In this document: one piece after another, positions 18,808-28,768 of the stretch
Layout of the letters: every line of letters starts with the position of its first letter
Position numbering within the stretch: the stretch's first letter is position 1
Assembly: GCA_045604155.1 (NCBI GenBank)
Contig: JAZUNN010000083.1
Coordinates: forward strand, 7,228-71,227
Length of the DNA: 64,000 bases
Direction of reading: 5' to 3'
Source: Acutalibacteraceae bacterium
Lineage (GTDB): Bacteria; Bacillota; Clostridia; Oscillospirales; Acutalibacteraceae
Notes under the pieces: model-generated
What the model was told of the DNA's origin: nothing
The model's input: only the letters and a program-made list of their open reading frames with translations
Databases searched by the model: none
Made by a program: the position numbers and the translations under genes

Positions 18808-19802
18808 CAGTCCACCTCCTTCTTGGGTTTTATTTCATATTTCCTGAGCTCTGCGTTTTCACGCACTTTTATATTTATTCCGAGCTTTGAAAGTGCAATT
18901 AAATTGCTCTTTTTTTGCCCTGTCATTTTTGAGGTTTCACCCTTTGGAACTTCGATAATATAAGAGCCTTCCGAAAGAAGCGCCTTCGCTTTTTGCAGGT
19001 ATATTCTGCTCTCACACAGCTCCTTGAATGCAGGATGATAAGGTCCTGCAACATAGGCTTCTTCCACACTCTGAGAGGAATGAAGACCAAGCTTTATGAC
19101 TTCGATATCTGCATTGCAGAACATGGTGAGAAGTTCAGCACAGAGAGATACTGCCGTTTCAAGGCTCTGTGCCTCGTATTTGCCTTCTCTGTATAGTTCG
19201 GCAAGACGGGTATTTTCCATTACAACAGTCGGGTAAATCCGCACCGTTGCAGGATTCAATGCAATAAGCTTTTCGGCTGTCTCAACCGTTCCGCCTTCTG
19301 TATCGCCGTACATTCCCGTCATCATCTGAACACCCAGCTCGATGCCGTGCTTTTTAATAAGTTCGGCGGCTCTGACGGTATCCTCTGATGTGTGTCCTCT
19401 GCGGTTCATCCGAAGGACTTCGTTATCCATACTCTGACAGCCAAGCTCAATGGCTTTGCCACCGAAGTTTTTATAGATTTCAAGTATTTCATCGTCTATT
19501 GCATCGGGACGTGTTGAACACCGTATACCCGATACCGCACCTGATTTTACATACTCATATGCTGCAGAGAGAAGCTCCAGCATATAATCACGGTCTATTG
19601 CCGTGAAGCTGCCTCCGAAAAATGCTATCTGTGCGTTCTTAAGGTCATCGCCAAGAGTTCTTCCTGCAATGGCAACTGCCTTGTCTATATCCTCTTTCGT
19701 AACCCTTGCGGTCTGTCCCGAAATTGCGCACTGGTCACAGAAAACACATCTGTGAGGACATCCCTGATGAGGCACGAAGAGTGCTATATTTGCGTGCTTC
19801 AA
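18807..19802 (-). CDS. Radical SAM protein (ELP3-like family commonly found next to rnc)
   Basis: 331 aa with the CPHRCVFC (CxxxCxxC) cluster near the N-terminus. Overlaps the rnc stop and the smc start. Confidence 0.8.
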   Translation of the reverse strand: MKHANIALFVPHQGCPHRCVFCDQCAISGQTARVTKEDIDKAVAIAGRTLGDDLKNAQIAFFGGSFTAIDRDYMLELLSAAYEYVKSGAVSGIRCSTRPDAIDDEILEIYKNFGGKAIELGCQSMDNEVLRMNRRGHTSEDTVRAAELIKKHGIELGVQMMTGMYGDTEGGTVETAEKLIALNPATVRIYPTVVMENTRLAELYREGKYEAQSLETAVSLCAELLTMFCNADIEVIKLGLHSSQSVEEAYVAGPYHPAFKELCESRIYLQKAKALLSEGSYIIEVPKGETSKMTGQKKSNLIALSKLGINIKVRENAELRKYEIKPKKEVD

Positions 19803-20470
19803 TATCCCAGCAGCTTAAGCGCTTCACGAGCGGCGTGCTGCTCGGCTTCCTTCTTGCTTCTGCCGCTGCCCCGTCCGACTTTGTTGCTGTTTATGTACAC
19901 TTCGGTGGTGAAGCGTTTGTTATGGTCAGGTCCGCTTTCACCGACAAGCACATATTCAAGCTTCTCTTCCCCGCTCTGCTGAACTATCTCCTGCAGAGTT
20001 GTCTTGTAATCAGCCTTGTTTGCACTGTGAGTCTTATTAAGCTCCTCAATGACAAAACCAAGTACAAAACGTCTTGCTTCTTCGATTCCTCCATCCAGGA
20101 ATATGGCTGCGATAAGAGCCTCAAAAGCATCGGCAAGAATTGACGGTCTTTCTCCGCCGCCGCTGTTCTTTTCACCTTTTCCGAAACGGATATATCTTCC
20201 AAGTTCAATCTGTCTTGCAAATACTGCCAGAGTTTCCTCACAGACAAGTGATGCTCGCAGTTTTGTAAGGTCGCCCTCTTTTTTGCCCTTGAAATTTGTA
20301 AACAGATGCTGGCTTACAATAATGCTGAGCACAGCATCACCAAGAAATTCAAGGCGTTCATTATTGTAGGTATTTCTGTGTTCATTGGCATAGGATGAAT
20401 GTGTCAGTGCGGTCTGCAGACAGTTTTCGTCCCTGAACTTGTAGCCGATAGCTTCCATAAGCTTTTCCAT
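19799..20470 (-). CDS. rnc: Ribonuclease III
   Basis: RNase III signature NERLEFLGDAVL plus a C-terminal dsRBD. ATG at 20470 (M6 of the track ORF) follows an AAAGGTGGAA SD. Confidence 0.93.
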   Translation of the reverse strand: MEKLMEAIGYKFRDENCLQTALTHSSYANEHRNTYNNERLEFLGDAVLSIIVSQHLFTNFKGKKEGDLTKLRASLVCEETLAVFARQIELGRYIRFGKGEKNSGGGERPSILADAFEALIAAIFLDGGIEEARRFVLGFVIEELNKTHSANKADYKTTLQEIVQQSGEEKLEYVLVGESGPDHNKRFTTEVYINSNKVGRGSGRSKKEAEQHAAREALKLLGY

Positions 20471-20585
20471 TGCCCTTGATTCCACCTTTAAGTCGGATAA
20501 ATAGCTTTTTTCGTATTTAATAATTTTACATTATAGATGTTTTATTGTCAATTAATATTATACTATAAATTACAAATCCATTGAG

Positions 20586-20623
20586 AAAAAGCTTCCGGAA
20601 AATCAACTTTCCGGAAGCTTTTT
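20586..20623 (-). terminator. Rho-independent (symmetrical) terminator after folD
   Basis: AAAAGCTTCCGGAAA-loop-TTTCCGGAAGCTTTT, with A/T runs on both sides. Confidence 0.75.
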
Positions 20624-20625
20624 GA

Positions 20626-21480
20626 TCAGTCTATGTTGTTCTGAAGTTTTACAGCCTTCAGGGTATTCTTCATCAGCATCGCAATGGTCATGGGACCTAC
20701 ACCGCCGGGTACGGGGGTAATTGCAGATGCCTTGGGCTCTACCTCTGCAAAATCAACGTCTCCGCAGAGCTTGCCGTTTTCATCACGGTTCATACCGACG
20801 TCTATTACAACAGCACCTTCCTTGACCATGTCAGCCTTGACAAACTTTGCCTTGCCGACTGCTGCAACAAGGATATCTGCCTTGGAAGTGACTTCAGCAA
20901 GATTCTTCGTTCTGCTGTGGCAGATGGTAACAGTTGCATTCTTATGTAAAAGCAGCATGGACATGGGCTTTCCTACGATATTGCTTCTGCCGATGACAAC
21001 GCAGTTTTTGCCTTCTACCTCGATCTTTTCAGATGCGATCATTTCCATAACGCCTGCAGGAGTGCAGGGAAGGAAATCATAATTGCCGATCATTATCTTG
21101 CCCACATTCACTGCATGGAATGCGTCAACATCCTTCTTGGGGGAAATTGCTTCGATAACAGCTTCGGAATCGAGATGTTTAGGCAGAGGAAGTTGACATA
21201 AAATACCATTGACATCTGCTCTGTCATTAAGCTCATTTACAAGTGCAAGAAGTTCTTCCTGGGTTGTTTCTGCAGGAAGTGCATACTCTTCGGAGATTAT
21301 TCCGCAATCTGCACAGGCCTTCTTCTTGTTGTTTACATAAGTTCTTGATGCGGGATCGTCACCGACAATGATTACAGCCAGTGTTGTGCTTATTCCCTTG
21401 TCCTTGAGTTCAGCAATTTCAGCTGCAACTTTGGCACGGACATCTGCCGAGACTTTCTTTCCGTCAATTATTACTGCCAT
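20626..21480 (-). CDS. folD: Bifunctional methylenetetrahydrofolate dehydrogenase/cyclohydrolase
   Basis: Starts MAVIIDGKKVS... (M39 of track ORF 20626..21594) and contains GRSNIVGKPM. The upstream extension overlaps the lgt 3' end. Confidence 0.93.
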   Translation of the reverse strand: MAVIIDGKKVSADVRAKVAAEIAELKDKGISTTLAVIIVGDDPASRTYVNNKKKACADCGIISEEYALPAETTQEELLALVNELNDRADVNGILCQLPLPKHLDSEAVIEAISPKKDVDAFHAVNVGKIMIGNYDFLPCTPAGVMEMIASEKIEVEGKNCVVIGRSNIVGKPMSMLLLHKNATVTICHSRTKNLAEVTSKADILVAAVGKAKFVKADMVKEGAVVIDVGMNRDENGKLCGDVDFAEVEPKASAITPVPGGVGPMTIAMLMKNTLKAVKLQNNID

Positions 21481-22423
21481 TTTCTTCCTCCTGCGCTGCG
21501 GTGTTTTCCTCTGCAGCGACTTCTGTATTGTTTTCTGTTTCTGCTGTTTCAAGCTCTGCATAGTATTCTGCTTTTGCTGCGCTGTACTGTGCAAGACTTA
21601 CTGTCTTATACTCGGGGGATACTCTGTCAAACATACGCTCGGAGAAGCCCAGATAAAGAAGGATAGGTCCGGCTATTACGCAGAGAATTGCAAGCAGCTG
21701 AGATACTCTCAGAACATCGGGAATGAGATAGAGTGAATCTGTTCTCAGTCCTTCTATCCATGCTCTGCCAAGTCCGTACCAAAAAATGTAAGAGAAGCAT
21801 ATCTGACCACGGAACTTGTAGAACTTTTCAACCATAAGGCAAAGGAATACAAATCCAATGATACACCAGATGGATTCATAAAGGAAACAGGGATGTACGG
21901 GACTGTCAGGTACTACACTCATAGTGTTTTCACTGAGCATTCCCCAGGGAAGGTCTGTTGCACTTCCGAAGGCTTCCTGATTTGTAAAGTTGCCCCAGCG
22001 TCCCAGCGCCTGAGCACCCATAAAACCTATTGACGCAACATCAAGCATTGACAGCAGCGGCAGTTTTCTCCAGTATTTACCGATAACACCTGCAACACCT
22101 GCACCTATAACACCGCCGTATATTGCAAGACCGCCTGAACGGATATTGAACACTTCGGCAATGCTGTCGTACTGCTTCAGATTGAACAGAACATAGTAAG
22201 CACGTGCGCCTACAACACCGAGTACAAGACCAAGGATTATTACATCAAGGAACTTATCTCTGTTAAGATCAAACTTTTTCAGATTGACCATCGCATAGGT
22301 TATTGCGATGAGAATACCGACAACAATGAAAACTGCATACCACATTATTTCAAAACTGCCGATCTTCATAAAAACACGATTTACGTCAAGTTCTATTCCC
22401 AGTCCCGGAAATTCAACTCTCAT
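21464..22423 (-). CDS. lgt: Prolipoprotein diacylglyceryl transferase
   Basis: 319 aa polytopic membrane protein with the GGLAIYGG motif and an acidic, low-complexity C-terminal tail. Confidence 0.9.
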   Translation of the reverse strand: MRVEFPGLGIELDVNRVFMKIGSFEIMWYAVFIVVGILIAITYAMVNLKKFDLNRDKFLDVIILGLVLGVVGARAYYVLFNLKQYDSIAEVFNIRSGGLAIYGGVIGAGVAGVIGKYWRKLPLLSMLDVASIGFMGAQALGRWGNFTNQEAFGSATDLPWGMLSENTMSVVPDSPVHPCFLYESIWCIIGFVFLCLMVEKFYKFRGQICFSYIFWYGLGRAWIEGLRTDSLYLIPDVLRVSQLLAILCVIAGPILLYLGFSERMFDRVSPEYKTVSLAQYSAAKAEYYAELETAETENNTEVAAEENTAAQEEENGSNN

Positions 22424-23696
22424 TTTCTACTTCCTCCTGTCTTTTTACAACTGATAATGTGGATTTTTCTGCATCAAACATCTCCATCAGCCTTGCCTGT
22501 GCCATTTCCAATGTCACATTTGCGGCTGCTTCTGCCTGATCGAAAATATCCTCATCTGCAAAATATGCGTCAGCAAGGCTGTTTGCAATGGATGACGCAT
22601 TGTCAAGCTGCGCAATGGCAGCTCCGTACACAGATCGCTGTGCCCACTCGAAATCTTCTTTTGAAATGCCCTCTCTTTTGAGCTTTTCGATTTCAGATTC
22701 GATTTCTTTGCGCACACGGCACGGATCTGTGGATTCGCCTGAAAATACCGTCGCCTGAACTCCGTCCCAATACATGAAATCTGCTCCGAAAGAATGATTG
22801 ATAAGACCTTCGTCCAGCAGACGGTTGAACAGATTACCCGGCTTTCCGCTGATAATTTCAAGCAAGATTTCCGTAAGCATAAGCCGCTCGGATGTCAGCT
22901 CGCACAGCTTTTCTCTGTAGCCGAGATTGAACATGGGAACTGATACATCAAATATCTGCTCTGTGTATTTTTCAACTTTATCATTTTCTTCATCCGGCAA
23001 CATTCTATGAGGCATTGGTGCACCCGGCAAAAGAATTTCATCGGCAATTGCAAGCACCTGCTCAGGTGTTACATTTCCTGCGGCTGTCAGCACCATGTTT
23101 GATGGTGTGTAGAAAGAATTGTAGCAGGTGTATAACATATCGCTTGTGATTTCGGATATTGATTCCTTTGTTCCCGCAATGCTTTCCCTTACAGGATGAT
23201 TTTTGTACATTCCTCTCAGCATATTGCTGAACACACACCAGTCGGGATTATCCTCATACATTCCGATTTCCTGTGCAATAATTCCCCGTTCCTTTTCAAC
23301 GGATTCCTCCGTGAAATAGGGCTTTCTGACAAAATCCAGCAAGATTCTGAGATTATCGTCAAATTTATCTGTGCAGGTAAAAAGATAACAGGTTTTCTCA
23401 TAGGATGTGTATGCATTTGCATCTGCGCCGTTTTCTGCAAAAAGATCAAAGACCTCGCTGTCTTCATTTTCAAACAGCTTGTGTTCAAGATAGTGCGCAA
23501 CGCCTGCAGGCAATGTCACTTCTTTTCCGTCAGCAGTGAAGCGGTTGTCAATGGAACCGAATTTTGTTCCGAATACAGCACAGCAGGATGCTCTCCCCTC
23601 CTGAGGATACACATAAATTGTGACGCCTGAGGAATGAACTGTTTTAAAATATCTGTCACCGGTGCGTTTGCAGACAAACTCTGTAAAGCCCATCAT
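22413..23696 (-). CDS. M16-family (pitrilysin-like) peptidase, catalytic partner (YmfH-like)
   Basis: 427 aa with an HxxEH zinc motif (AHYLEHKLF). 4-nt overlap with the upstream M16 paralogue. Confidence 0.85.
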   Translation of the reverse strand: MMGFTEFVCKRTGDRYFKTVHSSGVTIYVYPQEGRASCCAVFGTKFGSIDNRFTADGKEVTLPAGVAHYLEHKLFENEDSEVFDLFAENGADANAYTSYEKTCYLFTCTDKFDDNLRILLDFVRKPYFTEESVEKERGIIAQEIGMYEDNPDWCVFSNMLRGMYKNHPVRESIAGTKESISEITSDMLYTCYNSFYTPSNMVLTAAGNVTPEQVLAIADEILLPGAPMPHRMLPDEENDKVEKYTEQIFDVSVPMFNLGYREKLCELTSERLMLTEILLEIISGKPGNLFNRLLDEGLINHSFGADFMYWDGVQATVFSGESTDPCRVRKEIESEIEKLKREGISKEDFEWAQRSVYGAAIAQLDNASSIANSLADAYFADEDIFDQAEAAANVTLEMAQARLMEMFDAEKSTLSVVKRQEEVENES

Positions 23697-25009
23697 TCAT
23701 CCACATCCTTTCCGGCAAGAAGATATACCGTATCCTCTGTAAATGTCTTTGCTGCTTCGATTATCCGTTCCTTTGATACATCATTTATTTCTCTGATATA
23801 TTCTTCAGGCGAAATCATGCTGCTTTCAAGCATCTGGGATGCGTACCAATCTGCGAGCTCAAAGGGAGAATCATTGACCTCCCTGCAAATACCTTCATTA
23901 TAAAGCTTTGCCTGCTCAATCATTGTATCGGAAAATTCACCGGTGCAAAGCATTCTCAGCTGGCGGCTTATTGCATCATGGGCTTTCTCCATCTGCTCTT
24001 CGTCAAGTCCGCTCTGTACAAACATCATCCCCTTGCTTCTTACATATACCGACGAGCAGTAATAGCAAAGGCTCATTTTCTCACGGACATTTTTGAACAG
24101 CAGGCTGTTTGCCATTCCTCCGAAAAGCATATTTACAAGACGCATTGCAGCAGTATCGCCTTCTCTGGCACATATAGGCGTTCTGTATCCGATGACAAGC
24201 TTCGCCTGCTTTACATCTGCACGCTCGATTATTTCTTTTGATTTCTCCGCTTTTCCTATTACCATCTGATCAGGGAGGCTGACACAGGCACGCTCGATAT
24301 TCTTTGCCCTTTCTCTGAGTTTTTCCTCAATTTCAGAAGTATCAAATGTTCCCGATACAACTACATCCAGACGGGCTGTTCTTACAATTTCACGCCACGC
24401 CTCTGTTATTTCCTCTGCCGTTACCTTCTCCACCGCCTCTCTTTCGCCGAGAGGTTCAAGTCCGTAAGGCTCGCCTGAACACATATGCTTTATGCATCTC
24501 AGTCTGGCATATCGGATTTTATCGTTTGTCTGTGCATCAATTCGCTCAAGCATAAGCCTTCGCTCAAGCTCTATATCCGACTGTCTGAACAGTCCGTTTT
24601 CAAGCGGAGGATCAAACAGCATAGAAAGCAGAAGCTCTATACATTCACCTGAAACCTTTTCTCCGCCTATTGCATATCTGTCATCAAGAAATGCTATTCC
24701 GATATTGAATTTATGAAGGTCTCCGTGCATTCCCGTGCCGGCTCTCATGGATGCACCGTACAGCCGTGACAGATGCCTTCGCAGAGTCTTGTAATCGGGA
24801 TATTTTCTGCAGGCACGCACAAGCAGATACGGCACGAGTGCACGTGCTGCCGAGAATTCATTTTCTATTGGCAGGTACATATTTATTGCGGCAACGCCGG
24901 TCTTGTACCTGTCACCTCGGATTGAAAGCAGATTTATGCCTTCTCCGCATACTGTGGTTTTTATTTCCGGCAAATCACAGGTCATCCTTTCTTTTTTCTG
25001 AAAGTACAC
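23693..25009 (-). CDS. M16-family peptidase-like protein, non-catalytic partner (YmfF-like)
   Basis: 438 aa M16 fold-length paralogue without an HxxEH motif. Start uncertain (GTG at 25009 or ATG at 24985; neither has a good SD). Confidence 0.75.
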   Translation of the reverse strand: MYFQKKERMTCDLPEIKTTVCGEGINLLSIRGDRYKTGVAAINMYLPIENEFSAARALVPYLLVRACRKYPDYKTLRRHLSRLYGASMRAGTGMHGDLHKFNIGIAFLDDRYAIGGEKVSGECIELLLSMLFDPPLENGLFRQSDIELERRLMLERIDAQTNDKIRYARLRCIKHMCSGEPYGLEPLGEREAVEKVTAEEITEAWREIVRTARLDVVVSGTFDTSEIEEKLRERAKNIERACVSLPDQMVIGKAEKSKEIIERADVKQAKLVIGYRTPICAREGDTAAMRLVNMLFGGMANSLLFKNVREKMSLCYYCSSVYVRSKGMMFVQSGLDEEQMEKAHDAISRQLRMLCTGEFSDTMIEQAKLYNEGICREVNDSPFELADWYASQMLESSMISPEEYIREINDVSKERIIEAAKTFTEDTVYLLAGKDVDE

Positions 25010-25108
25010 AGATTAGTATAGCATATTATTCCTCTAAATCAAATAGAATATTTTCTGAACATTAAATCATTGCACAACATATAATATAATTTATTACATA
25101 TTGCCATC

Positions 25109-25137
25109 TTGTATATCTGAAAATCCTGTGCTACAAT
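25109..25137 (+). promoter_or_regulatory. Sigma-70 promoter (extended -10) for the GtrA-GH51-DUF6171 operon
   Basis: TTGTAT, 17 nt, TGcTACAAT. Confidence 0.5.
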
Positions 25138-25169
25138 GTCTGTAATCATATCTTCAGGAGGAAATAAAT

Positions 25170-25724
25170 ATGAGCAAAAAAAATAATAATCAGGCAGTAG
25201 TGCCTACCAAAAAACAGAACTTGATTCAGGCTTTGAAATTCACTTTGTTTTCAATTTCTGCAGGTATTATTCAGATCATTTCCTACACCTTGCTTCTTGA
25301 AGTATTTAAGCTTGATGAATGGATCTGTCATCTTACAGCACTGATTCTTTCCGTACTCTGGAATTTCACATTCAACAGACGCTACACCTTTAAATCTGCC
25401 GCAAATCTTCCTGTTGCAATGCTTAAGGTCGCTCTCTTTTATGTTATATTCACTCCTCTTTCAACCTGGGGCATTGCTGCACTTTCCTCTCTCGAAATCG
25501 GAAAAAGCATCCCTGCATACAGCATCCTGATTGAAGCAGGTATGATGATTGTCAATTTCATCACCGAATTCCTTTACTGCAGATTCGTTGTATACCGTGG
25601 AAATATGTACACAAATGACCTGGGTCAGAAGGAAATGGAAGAACTTGCTCAGTCGGAAGAAACCAACACAGAAACCGTTGCCGAAGAAGTTATTGCTGAG
25701 GAGGCTGTAAATGAAGAAGCTTAA
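25170..25724 (+). CDS. GtrA-family membrane protein
   Basis: 184 aa with four predicted TM helices, the W..FNRRYTF motif typical of GtrA-like proteins, and an acidic C-terminal tail. Confidence 0.75.
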   Translation: MSKKNNNQAVVPTKKQNLIQALKFTLFSISAGIIQIISYTLLLEVFKLDEWICHLTALILSVLWNFTFNRRYTFKSAANLPVAMLKVALFYVIFTPLSTWGIAALSSLEIGKSIPAYSILIEAGMMIVNFITEFLYCRFVVYRGNMYTNDLGQKEMEELAQSEETNTETVAEEVIAEEAVNEEA

Positions 25725-27171
25725 TGCTGTAATCAATACCCTCGACAGAAAATCCCACATCAATTCTGAGATATACGGCCATTTTTCCGAGCATCTCGGA
25801 AGATGCATCTACAAGGGCATTTATGTCGGAGAGGATTCTCCCATCCCCAACACTGACGGTGTCAGAAATGATATTATAGAAGCCTTCAGACAGATAAAAA
25901 TGCCTGTACTTCGCTGGCCCGGCGGATGCTTTGCGGATGAATACCACTGGAAGGACGGCATCGGTGAAAAAACTGAGCGTCCCAGAATGGTAAACACCCA
26001 CTGGGGTGGTGTTACAGAAGACAACGCCTTCGGCACACATGAATTTTTCAACCTCTGCGAAAAAATCGGCTGTGAGCCTTATCTTGCTGCAAATCTTGGC
26101 AGCGGCACTGTAGAGGAGCTTGCCGACTGGATTGAATATATCACCTTTGACGGCGTTTCTCCCATGGCTGACCTTCGCCGCAGCAACGGACGGAACAAGC
26201 CATGGAAGCTTAAATATCTTGGTATCGGCAACGAAAACTGGGGTTGCGGAGGAAGCATGCGTCCTGAATTCTACGCAGACGAATACCGCAGATATCAGAC
26301 ATACTGCCGCAATTTCAGCGGCAACGAGCTTTTCAAAATCGCCTGCGGACCCAATTCAGACGATTACGACTGGACAGAAAAGCTTCTGCAGAATGTAAAT
26401 GAATGGCACACACGTGCTATTTCTCTCCATTATTACACTGTCCCCACAGGCGACTGGAACCACAAAGGCAGTGCCACTGAATTTTCCGACAAGGAATATT
26501 ACGACACCATTTCACGCACTCTGTATATGGAAAAGCTTATTGACACGCACAGTTCCATAATCAGGCGCTACAGTGACAAAATAAAGCTTATTGTTGACGA
26601 ATGGGGCTGCTGGTATGATGTGGAGGAAGGTACAAATCCCGGATTCCTGTATCAGCAGAATTCCATGCGTGATGCTATTATTGCAGCGATAAACCTTAAT
26701 CTTTTCAACAACCGTTCTGATGTTGTCTGCATGGCAAACCTTGCTCAGGCTGTGAATGTGCTTCAGGCTCTTATCCTCACAGAAGGTGAAGAGCTTGTAA
26801 AAACTCCAACTTATCATGTATTTGATATGTTCAAGACCCATCAGGATTCTGAACTTGTATACAGCTTCACCGAAAACGAAAATATCAACGATATTCCTGC
26901 TGTTTCCTGCTCGGCTTCTGTCAGAAACGGAGAGCTTACCTTCACCTGCTCAAACTGCAGTCTGGAGGATGATTTTGAAATTGATTGTCTGCTGACAGGC
27001 GGAGATTTTTCTTCCGCTCGGGGACTTGTTCTTACCAATGAAGTTCATGCCTGCAACGATTTTGATTCTCCCGAAAATGTTATACCCGGTAATCTTGATG
27101 TAAGTCTTTCAGGCAGCAGACTCACCTTCACTCTTCCCCGCTGCTCCGTTGTTTCTATAATTATCAAATGA
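25711..27171 (+). CDS. Alpha-L-arabinofuranosidase (GH51), intracellular
   Basis: 486 aa. [33 protein letters not shown] and [11 protein letters not shown] motifs of GH51. No signal peptide. Confidence 0.9.
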   Translation: MKKLNAVINTLDRKSHINSEIYGHFSEHLGRCIYKGIYVGEDSPIPNTDGVRNDIIEAFRQIKMPVLRWPGGCFADEYHWKDGIGEKTERPRMVNTHWGGVTEDNAFGTHEFFNLCEKIGCEPYLAANLGSGTVEELADWIEYITFDGVSPMADLRRSNGRNKPWKLKYLGIGNENWGCGGSMRPEFYADEYRRYQTYCRNFSGNELFKIACGPNSDDYDWTEKLLQNVNEWHTRAISLHYYTVPTGDWNHKGSATEFSDKEYYDTISRTLYMEKLIDTHSSIIRRYSDKIKLIVDEWGCWYDVEEGTNPGFLYQQNSMRDAIIAAINLNLFNNRSDVVCMANLAQAVNVLQALILTEGEELVKTPTYHVFDMFKTHQDSELVYSFTENENINDIPAVSCSASVRNGELTFTCSNCSLEDDFEIDCLLTGGDFSSARGLVLTNEVHACNDFDSPENVIPGNLDVSLSGSRLTFTLPRCSVVSIIIK

Positions 27172-27428
27172 ACGAGAAAAGTATAAAGTGCGGCAGATGT
27201 CTGCTTTCTGAGTTTGACAGCGAGAAATTCATCACAACAATAGCCGAGTACATTTCTGTAATTCCCCCTCACAAAAAGGTTACCGATGAGGAATACAGAC
27301 GAAGACTGAGTATCTGCCGTGAATGCGAGCTGCTCAATGACGGTCTGTGCGGTGAGTGCGGATGCTTTGTGGAAGTAAGAGCTGTAAAAAAAGAAAAAAG
27401 CTGTCCTCACCCTGATAAAAAATGGTAG
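27168..27428 (+). CDS. Small Cys-rich protein (DUF6171-like)
   Basis: 86 aa with CGRC...CRECE...CGECGC...CPH. ATGA overlap with the GH51 stop. The family name is from memory. Confidence 0.55.
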   Translation: MNEKSIKCGRCLLSEFDSEKFITTIAEYISVIPPHKKVTDEEYRRRLSICRECELLNDGLCGECGCFVEVRAVKKEKSCPHPDKKW

Positions 27429-27431
27429 ACG

Positions 27432-27461
27432 AAAGCCCTTGCTTTTTGCAAGGGCTTTTTC
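27432..27461. terminator. Bidirectional rho-independent terminator
   Basis: AAAGCCCTTGC-TTTTT-GCAAGGGCTTT followed by TTT, between convergent genes. Confidence 0.8.
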
Positions 27462-28505
27462 TCATTTGCAGATATATTCTTCCATGAATTCACGTACGAC
27501 TTCGGGAAGAGTATCAACCTTCTCTGCATTGCCGCAGGCTTCAAGTCCCACAAGATAAAACTGGAGTGATTCACAGAAAAACTCGCTGCAATTCATCTTA
27601 TGGTGTTCGGAATAGGCATATATGCCGAGGTCCTCATCCATAAGTCTGCTGTAAATCTTTTTGAACTCATTCTTCTGTGCATTGCTGAGGTATTCCTTGT
27701 AAATATAATGACCAAGCTCATGAATTGCTGCTTCGTCAATATAATCAAGAGTTGTGATGACAGTTTTTTGGCTGAAAACTGTCAGACCGATTATCTTTCC
27801 TTCCACATTAACTTCATCGTCAATGTTCTCGTCCTCAAGAAAGTCTGCTATTTCCTTATCCGTAACACAGTATGTCCAGCCATCTTCATTGAACTGTGAC
27901 CAGACTTCAGGCAAAAGAGAGAAATACTTTTCAAGATATTCGTTTGCTGCTTTTATTTCTTCACCGTTCATGCTTTCGTCTGCGTAGAATCCATCTGCAA
28001 TTACAGGCTTGTGGGATACTTCACTTACTCTGACGTATGCAGTTTTACATTTGTATGTTACTCTCATCCACGCTCCGTTTGTGGAGCTCATACTGAGGGA
28101 TGCATTTGTATCTGCGATGCAGATAATCTCAGACTCATCGTCTGCTTCGCTCATGAGAAGAGTGTCGTCATCCTTTGCATATACAACACCATACTCCTTT
28201 ACCCACGTGCGTTCATCGGAAAGATTTTCATTGCATACATAGCCTGCACCAAATATTCCGATTATTTTTGTATATCCCATTTCTGTTTCCATGCATGTGA
28301 CGGGAGTGTTTACTTCAAGCACCGCTGTGCTTCTTTTTTCATCTGCACTGATATATACATTGCATCTTTCTGAAATATACCTGATTTTTATGTCAGCATC
28401 TTCTGCTGCTATTGTATTTGCAGCAAAGGCAATCACTGCAAAAACAAGGACTGCGAAAGTAATTAAAGATACAGTTATCCTGCGAGTTATGAGTGTCTTA
28501 GTCAT
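27462..28505 (-). CDS. Membrane-anchored putative zinc metalloprotease (M34 / anthrax-lethal-factor / PPEP-like C-terminal domain)
   Basis: N-terminal TM anchor, two beta-rich SH3b-like segments, then HELGH followed ~50 aa later by SEFFCES (compare HExxH...EFFAE in M34). Start moved to M13 behind a GGAGGAAAT SD. Confidence 0.6.
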   Translation of the reverse strand: MTKTLITRRITVSLITFAVLVFAVIAFAANTIAAEDADIKIRYISERCNVYISADEKRSTAVLEVNTPVTCMETEMGYTKIIGIFGAGYVCNENLSDERTWVKEYGVVYAKDDDTLLMSEADDESEIICIADTNASLSMSSTNGAWMRVTYKCKTAYVRVSEVSHKPVIADGFYADESMNGEEIKAANEYLEKYFSLLPEVWSQFNEDGWTYCVTDKEIADFLEDENIDDEVNVEGKIIGLTVFSQKTVITTLDYIDEAAIHELGHYIYKEYLSNAQKNEFKKIYSRLMDEDLGIYAYSEHHKMNCSEFFCESLQFYLVGLEACGNAEKVDTLPEVVREFMEEYICK

Positions 28506-28715
28506 GATTATTTCCTCCATACGGATTCCGCTCGCAGTCATACCTTTTCAAAGGTCACTGATACTTACGGAACCTTGCGTAAATTTGAAACTGACTAATA
28601 AAGCACTTATTTCCTCGCGAGATTTTCGGTTGCTTTACCTTGCACCCATAGAATATCATCCCATATGGTCTGTTCTGATTTTTGTCTACCGGAAGAATGG
28701 TTTTTGCACTCTGAA

Positions 28716-28754
28716 TAAAAAAGACAGAGAGTTTAGATTAAACTCTCTGTCTTT
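28716..28754 (-). terminator. Rho-independent terminator after patatin gene 1
   Basis: Minus strand AAAGACAGAGAGTTTA-ATC-TAAACTCTCTGTCTTT followed by TTTTATT. Confidence 0.8.
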
Positions 28755-28768
28755 TGATTGTTCTGTTT

